DNA of 64,000 nt from Candidatus Woesebacteria bacterium. GTDB taxonomy: Bacteria; Patescibacteriota; Microgenomatia; UBA8517. Position numbers and translations under genes: made by a program. The notes under the pieces are model-generated. The model did no database searches, was not told the DNA's origin, and saw only the letters and a program-made list of their open reading frames with translations. Below, piece by piece: positions 59,075 to 64,000 of the stretch. The stretch lies in NCBI GenBank assembly GCA_963716475.1, contig OY970314.1:500790-564789 (forward strand). Direction: 5' to 3'. How positions within the stretch are numbered: position 1 is the first letter of the stretch; every line of letters begins with the position of its first letter.

Positions 59075-60677
59075 CAGTCAAAAGTCTTGGTAAATTATCA
59101 GGGAAGTCGCCGGATTTTCCTATAAACAACATTTTCTTCCCGGGATTTGCATTAACAATGTCTTGATAGTGAGTTCCGGTATCACCAAGGTCCGGAAAAT
59201 AAAACTTATCAAACTTGAGAACCCAAATCCATTGATTGGCCTCAAAACGGTCAAGGTTCGGGTCATTCTGATACTTTGCCGGGTCCCAGTTCAAGAAAAA
59301 AAGAGTAAACATGTGAGGCTCTCCGTAAGTCCGGCTGAAAACTATCAGGTCATAGTTGTTATAGTGCTCTTTTATATAACCTACTGCTTGCTTATAACCA
59401 TATTGCCAATCGCGTGAATATAGAACAGGATAAATATTGTAATAATTATTTAAATATCCTTTGAAACTGAAGGCTAGTGCAATTACTGACGCAGTCATTA
59501 CTACCCAACGGATAATATTCTTCCGGCTTAGCAACTTAAATGTCTTGTAAATACCAAGAGCGGTAAATATTTGATACGGAATTGCCGCCAATAGTGTTCT
59601 TAGTGCGTTAGGAATACTGTCAACCGTTGCCGATACAGGAATAAATGCCAAAAGTAACCATGTTACGAGTAGCCACCTCCATTTATTTTTGTTCCTAAAA
59701 AGAAAGAAAAGACCGATTAAAATAAACGGTGCCTGAATTGCATACATTTCCCCAATCCCTTGAACGTGTTGTTGCTTATGCCCCGCGCCATTTATAAAAA
59801 GGAAGTCGGGAGTAAAATGACTAAGGTAATTCCCCACGAATACATAAACATAATGTGTTACTTTATTGTGAATAAGACGGGGTAGCGGTTCAGGAAGACG
59901 TGTATTACCACGCGCTTCATTTATCCGAAGCGTAAATCCCGGATCATCTGTAATACTTACCAGATTAAACCTGGCTGTTGCCTCCCCGCTTATTACAAAG
60001 CTTGCAAGTGGGATCATCGACAACAAAAAAACCAGTAGGCTAAGAATAAATATTCTGGTATTTTTCAAAATATCTTTTTTATAAATTAGGAAAAGGGCTA
60101 GTACAAATAGTGGAGTAAAAACCCGTGCGGCATTATAAGTATAAATTGAAATAATAAAAGGTATTGTCGAGGCTAACCAATATTTTTTGTTTGTAAATCC
60201 CTTGATAAAAAGCCACACCCCAAGGGTAACCCAGAAAACCGAAAATGAGGATTCAAAAGATACCCTAGTCAGCTGAATATGCCAGGGGGAAATTGCAAGA
60301 AAAAATGAGGAGGTTAGAGCAATCCACTCGTTTTGAAAAATTTCCTTGGCCAAGAAATAAAGAAGTAACACCGTCAATGTTCCGTAAATGACAGGAGTAA
60401 TCCTTACTCCGAGCTCGTTAAGACCGAACATTGCAATTCCCGGAATCGAAGCATATATCTGCGCCGGAAGTTTATACTCACCGTAAGATTTAAAATGAAC
60501 AGGCAAAAGCTGCCCCCACTCGTCTCGGCCGGTTTTGAGAACGGAGTAGGCGTTGTAGCCGATTGATACCTCGTCCCAGTTGAGTGATGGCGGATCAGAA
60601 GTAACCCTATATAGCCTCAGGAATAAAGCCAGCGCGACAACCAAGAAAAGAACAATCCTGGATAAATTACGCTTCAT
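59019..60677 (-). CDS. PMT_2/ArnT-like GT-C glycosyltransferase (paralog 5; tandem copy 2 of 4)
   Basis: 552 aa. SLNWDEVSIGYNAYSVLKTGRDEWGQLLPVHFKSY; IQLTRVSFESSFS. Confidence 0.65.
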   Translation of the reverse strand: MKRNLSRIVLFLVVALALFLRLYRVTSDPPSLNWDEVSIGYNAYSVLKTGRDEWGQLLPVHFKSYGEYKLPAQIYASIPGIAMFGLNELGVRITPVIYGTLTVLLLYFLAKEIFQNEWIALTSSFFLAISPWHIQLTRVSFESSFSVFWVTLGVWLFIKGFTNKKYWLASTIPFIISIYTYNAARVFTPLFVLALFLIYKKDILKNTRIFILSLLVFLLSMIPLASFVISGEATARFNLVSITDDPGFTLRINEARGNTRLPEPLPRLIHNKVTHYVYVFVGNYLSHFTPDFLFINGAGHKQQHVQGIGEMYAIQAPFILIGLFFLFRNKNKWRWLLVTWLLLAFIPVSATVDSIPNALRTLLAAIPYQIFTALGIYKTFKLLSRKNIIRWVVMTASVIALAFSFKGYLNNYYNIYPVLYSRDWQYGYKQAVGYIKEHYNNYDLIVFSRTYGEPHMFTLFFLNWDPAKYQNDPNLDRFEANQWIWVLKFDKFYFPDLGDTGTHYQDIVNANPGKKMLFIGKSGDFPDNLPRLLTVDFLNGNRAFDIVEKNAK

Positions 60678-60704
60678 TACTATTAATTATGCCTTAAAAT
60701 GCTT

Positions 60705-62327
60705 TTACTTGCACACTATTTTTGTGGAATAACCAAAAAGAATGGGTTTCCCCAAGTAATCGGGAACCGTAAACTCTTCATGGAGTTTGTGTGTAATAAT
60801 CTGTAGCGAAGAAACGGATAGCTCGTCCCCGACTATAATCAGGTTTGGTCCACACACTTTAGTCCAATCCAGCGGCTTGAAGATGATATTACCGATCCTG
60901 TAAATTTCTTGAGCATTTACATCCCGACTATAGTAATTTGTTGTCAACTGAGCTTTCAGATTAGCCTGAACCAGCCTTGGATCAACTGATTTAAGATAGG
61001 TCATTCTGATACCCACCCCCCAGGCACGGGCATTGAAATCAACAACGATTTGCCTGTCTTTGTATTTATCCAAAACAGGCATCAATTCTACATAGGGCTC
61101 TCCGGAAGCTATCACTAGTTCATATTTAAGAATGACAAAGTACGATATCCCAAAAAGAATTAATGAGTAGCCGACTATTCCCAAGACGGCCAATAGCTTC
61201 AGCCATTTATTTTTTATCGCCCCCAGTACCACCCAGCACCCCAGCGAAACAATAAAAGCGACAACCCAAAGATAATCAAGAGTCCTTAGCGGATAAAAAA
61301 GATCCCCGGTTAGCGCGGCAGGGATGGGCGCGATTAAAAGTAAAGCTAGTATAATTTTTAAAAAATTGTTTTGCCTATTTTTAAACAGATAACCAAGGCC
61401 TATCAGAAAGGGAATAGCCATCCAGGGATAATAAACTCCCATGTCGGGCGCAGTTCTTCCAAGACTGCTACCCGGATCAAAAAATAGGTTTTTTGGTGAA
61501 ATGTAGATTAGATAATGATTACTAAATTGTTTAGCGGCTTCCAGAATTTTTCCTCCAAAATTTATTTTCTCTTCAAAAATATTCCCAAAATATGTTACTT
61601 GGCTTAATCTTTTCGTTAAAGCTCCTGTTGTCAATAAATACAAGTGCGGCAAAAGGATTAATACAAAAATTCCTAAGCCCAGTGCTGTGGTTTTTTTTGT
61701 TTTCAGGAAAATTTTTCGATAGATTAAAACAACGAATGCCAAAAGTAGCACCGATGTTACCCTTTCAGAATAATAAGCATGAGTAGAAAGTCCCAAAACC
61801 AGACAGGCTAAAGGAAACAGTGAAATCTTTTTCAAGGAACTGGCCAGTAAATATACACCGGCCATAAAGATAAGGACTCCTACGTTGGCCTCAACCGCCA
61901 CCCTGCTAAAGAGAATGGCCCAGGGAGAGATTGCGACAATTCCGGAAGTAATTAAACCAAGTGTAACTCCGTCTTTTTTACTTCCGAGGAAGAGCCTGCT
62001 TACAAAAAAATAGGTTAATAAAACCAATCCCACACCGGATACCGCCGAAACTACTTTGACCGTAAAAATACTATCACCCAAAAAAACTGTCGGGATTATT
62101 GTCAGATAAGTATAAATTGGCGGTTGATACGAACCGTTTGCTCTAAAAAGTATGGGAAAACTTTTTCCATACATATCTTTACCTGTTTTCAGGATCGAGA
62201 AAGCGTTAAATCCCTGAGAAGCTTCGTCTGCGTGTAACCCGGGAGGAACTGTATCCAATTCATAAAATCTTAAAATAACAGCTATAAAAACAATTATTAT
62301 TAATATTATTTTTTGAAATTTATTCAT
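60705..62327 (-). CDS. PMT_2/ArnT-like GT-C glycosyltransferase (paralog 6; tandem copy 1 of 4)
   Basis: 540 aa. GLHADEASQGFNAFSILKTGKDMYGKSFPILFRAN; ILFSRVAVEANVG. Confidence 0.65.
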   Translation of the reverse strand: MNKFQKIILIIIVFIAVILRFYELDTVPPGLHADEASQGFNAFSILKTGKDMYGKSFPILFRANGSYQPPIYTYLTIIPTVFLGDSIFTVKVVSAVSGVGLVLLTYFFVSRLFLGSKKDGVTLGLITSGIVAISPWAILFSRVAVEANVGVLIFMAGVYLLASSLKKISLFPLACLVLGLSTHAYYSERVTSVLLLAFVVLIYRKIFLKTKKTTALGLGIFVLILLPHLYLLTTGALTKRLSQVTYFGNIFEEKINFGGKILEAAKQFSNHYLIYISPKNLFFDPGSSLGRTAPDMGVYYPWMAIPFLIGLGYLFKNRQNNFLKIILALLLIAPIPAALTGDLFYPLRTLDYLWVVAFIVSLGCWVVLGAIKNKWLKLLAVLGIVGYSLILFGISYFVILKYELVIASGEPYVELMPVLDKYKDRQIVVDFNARAWGVGIRMTYLKSVDPRLVQANLKAQLTTNYYSRDVNAQEIYRIGNIIFKPLDWTKVCGPNLIIVGDELSVSSLQIITHKLHEEFTVPDYLGKPILFGYSTKIVCK

Positions 62328-62333
62328 CTTGTT

Positions 62334-62978
62334 TTAATTTTTGAAGAGTCTTCCTATATTTTTTACGCCCATTAATAATCCTAAATTGATTAATGGAATA
62401 AATAGCCAATAAGCCACATCGGGAGGAACCAGAATGGCCCCCACAGTCGCCAAACTAAGATAATATAAGGTTGGTTTTATTTTTTCAGAAAGCATAACCA
62501 AAAATCCCAAGGTAAAAAGGGGAAATAATATCAATGAATAAAATGAATAATTCTCAGATGAAAAATAATGAGATATTTCATACGGTTCCGTAATTTTTTG
62601 ATTTACCTTGTCAATAATCAGTTTCGTCTGTTCAATAAATTTATTTCCGAAGTTGTTTCTCCCGATGAAGCCCAGTTCTCTTCTGTAAAGTTCTTCCCTT
62701 TCCCACAATATGTTTTTCTCAAAGTTTGTAATCTTAAAAGTATCCTTATATATGCCGCTCCCGATAATAAATATACCGACAAAAATCGGTAAGGCTAATA
62801 ATATAATTATTCTTAGTAGATAATTGTGAGACTTTTCCGCGATTACAAAATATAGCAGGGTACTTTGGAAAAAAGTAAAAACTACCAGCCATATGGTTGG
62901 TGAAGATCCGGGTTTAAAAAAAACAACAATTAATGCCAAAAATAGTAACGACAGGGTTGTACTTCTTTTGAAAATCAT
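62334..62978 (-). CDS. membrane protein (hypothetical)
   Basis: 214 aa, about 6 TM. 4-bp overlap with the upstream GT2 gene. Confidence 0.4.
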   Translation of the reverse strand: MIFKRSTTLSLLFLALIVVFFKPGSSPTIWLVVFTFFQSTLLYFVIAEKSHNYLLRIIILLALPIFVGIFIIGSGIYKDTFKITNFEKNILWEREELYRRELGFIGRNNFGNKFIEQTKLIIDKVNQKITEPYEISHYFSSENYSFYSLILFPLFTLGFLVMLSEKIKPTLYYLSLATVGAILVPPDVAYWLFIPLINLGLLMGVKNIGRLFKN

Positions 62979-63730
62979 TTTGCTACTTTAGGGTTAAATC
63001 TCCTGTCATTAATAATACCTGCTTTATAAAGTAAATACATTCCTGTCGTTCCGAATCCTTCCAGTATAAACTTAGCACCTTTAAGAAATCTTATCGAGGA
63101 AGCTTTATCGTGATATCTTGTGGGGATGGCAATCTCGCCAATCCTAAATCCGTAACTTATTGAAGAAGTAGTCATTTCCTGATCGAAAACGAAGTCGTTG
63201 GAAAACCTCTGAAAAGGGACTATTCTTAACAATTTACTCGAATATGCCCTGAAACCGGAAAAATATTCGCTGAAATTTTCACCCAAAAGAATGTTTTGCA
63301 TAAGACACACAAGACGGTTTACATAATATTTTATCTTTGGCATACCGCCCGCAAGCGCAGACCCCCTGTTCTTAATCCGACTACCAAACATAAAGTCAAA
63401 ATTACCAGCTAAAATCGGCACGATCAGATGATCAATCTTTGAAGCATCATACTGATAATCCGGATGTAACATTACAACAACGTCGGGATTCAATTTTAAC
63501 GCCTCCCAATAACATGTTTTTTGATTCCCCCCGTAACCTAAATTGTTTGGGTGTTCAAATACCGTAATCCCTAATTTCCTCGCAACCGCTATCGTATCAT
63601 CTGTGCTGTGGTCATCGACTAAAATTATATTCTTACGGTATTTTAAAGGAACCTCCGAGTAAGTATCTTTAACGGTTTTTGCAGCATTATACGCCGGCAT
63701 TACTATTACAATTTTTGGAGTTTTTTTCAT
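62975..63730 (-). CDS. GT2 glycosyltransferase (DPM1/GtrB-like)
   Basis: 251 aa. IVIVMPAYNAAKTV...ILVDDHSTDDT...MLHPDYQYD...SGFRAYSSK. Confidence 0.75.
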   Translation of the reverse strand: MKKTPKIVIVMPAYNAAKTVKDTYSEVPLKYRKNIILVDDHSTDDTIAVARKLGITVFEHPNNLGYGGNQKTCYWEALKLNPDVVVMLHPDYQYDASKIDHLIVPILAGNFDFMFGSRIKNRGSALAGGMPKIKYYVNRLVCLMQNILLGENFSEYFSGFRAYSSKLLRIVPFQRFSNDFVFDQEMTTSSISYGFRIGEIAIPTRYHDKASSIRFLKGAKFILEGFGTTGMYLLYKAGIINDRRFNPKVAK

Positions 63731-63817
63731 TCGCCGTTGATTACGATATTACCATAAACTTTGGGGGGTTTCCCGTACTTGAAAATTAACGTCCCTAAAA
63801 TCCGAATTGGATACTTA

Positions 63818-64000
63818 TTATCTTTTTGTCAGAAGATAAAATACCGGTTCACCGGACGGGTAGCGAATAATTTTTATTACTTTTATATCTTTAGGAATTC
63901 TTTCGGGATATTTGCCCAGATCAAACACAACTTCTTCTGTTGTAGCTACATACAAGGTATTTACAGGAAGGACATTACTCAAACTGTAAAGGTCTGTAAA
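63818..64000 (-). CDS. C-terminal fragment (60 aa) of an ORF entering from beyond the window end (hypothetical)
   Basis: Open minus-strand frame from the window edge to the stop at 63818-63820 (...VFDLGKYPERIPKDIKVIKIIRYPSGEPVFYLLTKR*). No motif recognised. Confidence 0.25.
   Translation of the reverse strand, partial: FTDLYSLSNVLPVNTLYVATTEEVVFDLGKYPERIPKDIKVIKIIRYPSGEPVFYLLTKR

Overview
The window is almost entirely a glycan-biosynthesis and glycan-transfer supercluster, with no rRNA, tRNA, CRISPR array or recognisable mobile-element genes. It is gene-dense, largely minus-strand and moderately to strongly AT-rich. About 55 supportable genes are present, and more than 40 of them belong to surface-glycan or glycoconjugate assembly. 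These comprise: (1) a phosphoglycosyl transferase of the Bac_transf/PglC type. (2) At least 8 intact GT4 and about 9 GT2 glycosyltransferases. (3) Sugar-nucleotide enzymes: a ManC-like GDP-mannose pyrophosphorylase, an Fcl-like GDP-fucose synthase, and an FdtA-like isomerase with a DegT aminotransferase. (4) Six SAM-methyltransferase genes or domains, including FkbM and Methyltransf_24 types, plus an LbH acetyltransferase. (5) A Wzx-like flippase and a Wzy/WaaL-like ligase. (6) An unusually large set of polytopic GT-C-fold membrane glycosyltransferases: six PMT_2/ArnT-like paralogs (four in tandem), two further probable ones, a YfhO-like protein, a PIG-V-like protein and a DUF2079-like protein. 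Several of these are paired with GtrB/DPM1-like GT2 enzymes and a DUF2304-like small membrane protein. The 5' end (1-6.9 kb) instead holds housekeeping-type genes: a Cas4/RecB-like nuclease fragment, a secreted Thr/Pro-rich protein, a cupin, a DEDDy exonuclease, a ZnuCB-like ABC transporter without its binding protein, a minimal RecO and a DUF4012-like protein. The main points of interest are the tandem expansion of PMT_2-type GT-C enzymes, repeated GT2 + GT-C three-component glycosylation modules, an amino-dideoxy-sugar module embedded in a methyltransferase-rich AT island, two frameshifted genes (a GT4 and a methyltransferase), a truncated methyltransferase-domain::GT2 fusion lying opposite its split methyltransferase homolog, and a 2 x ~47 bp tandem repeat in a divergent promoter region. 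The gene content (many GT-C paralogs, short minimal RecO, low GC) is compatible with a Candidate Phyla Radiation / Patescibacteria-type genome, but that is inference only. All product assignments rest on motif recognition by eye and need HMM or BLAST confirmation.
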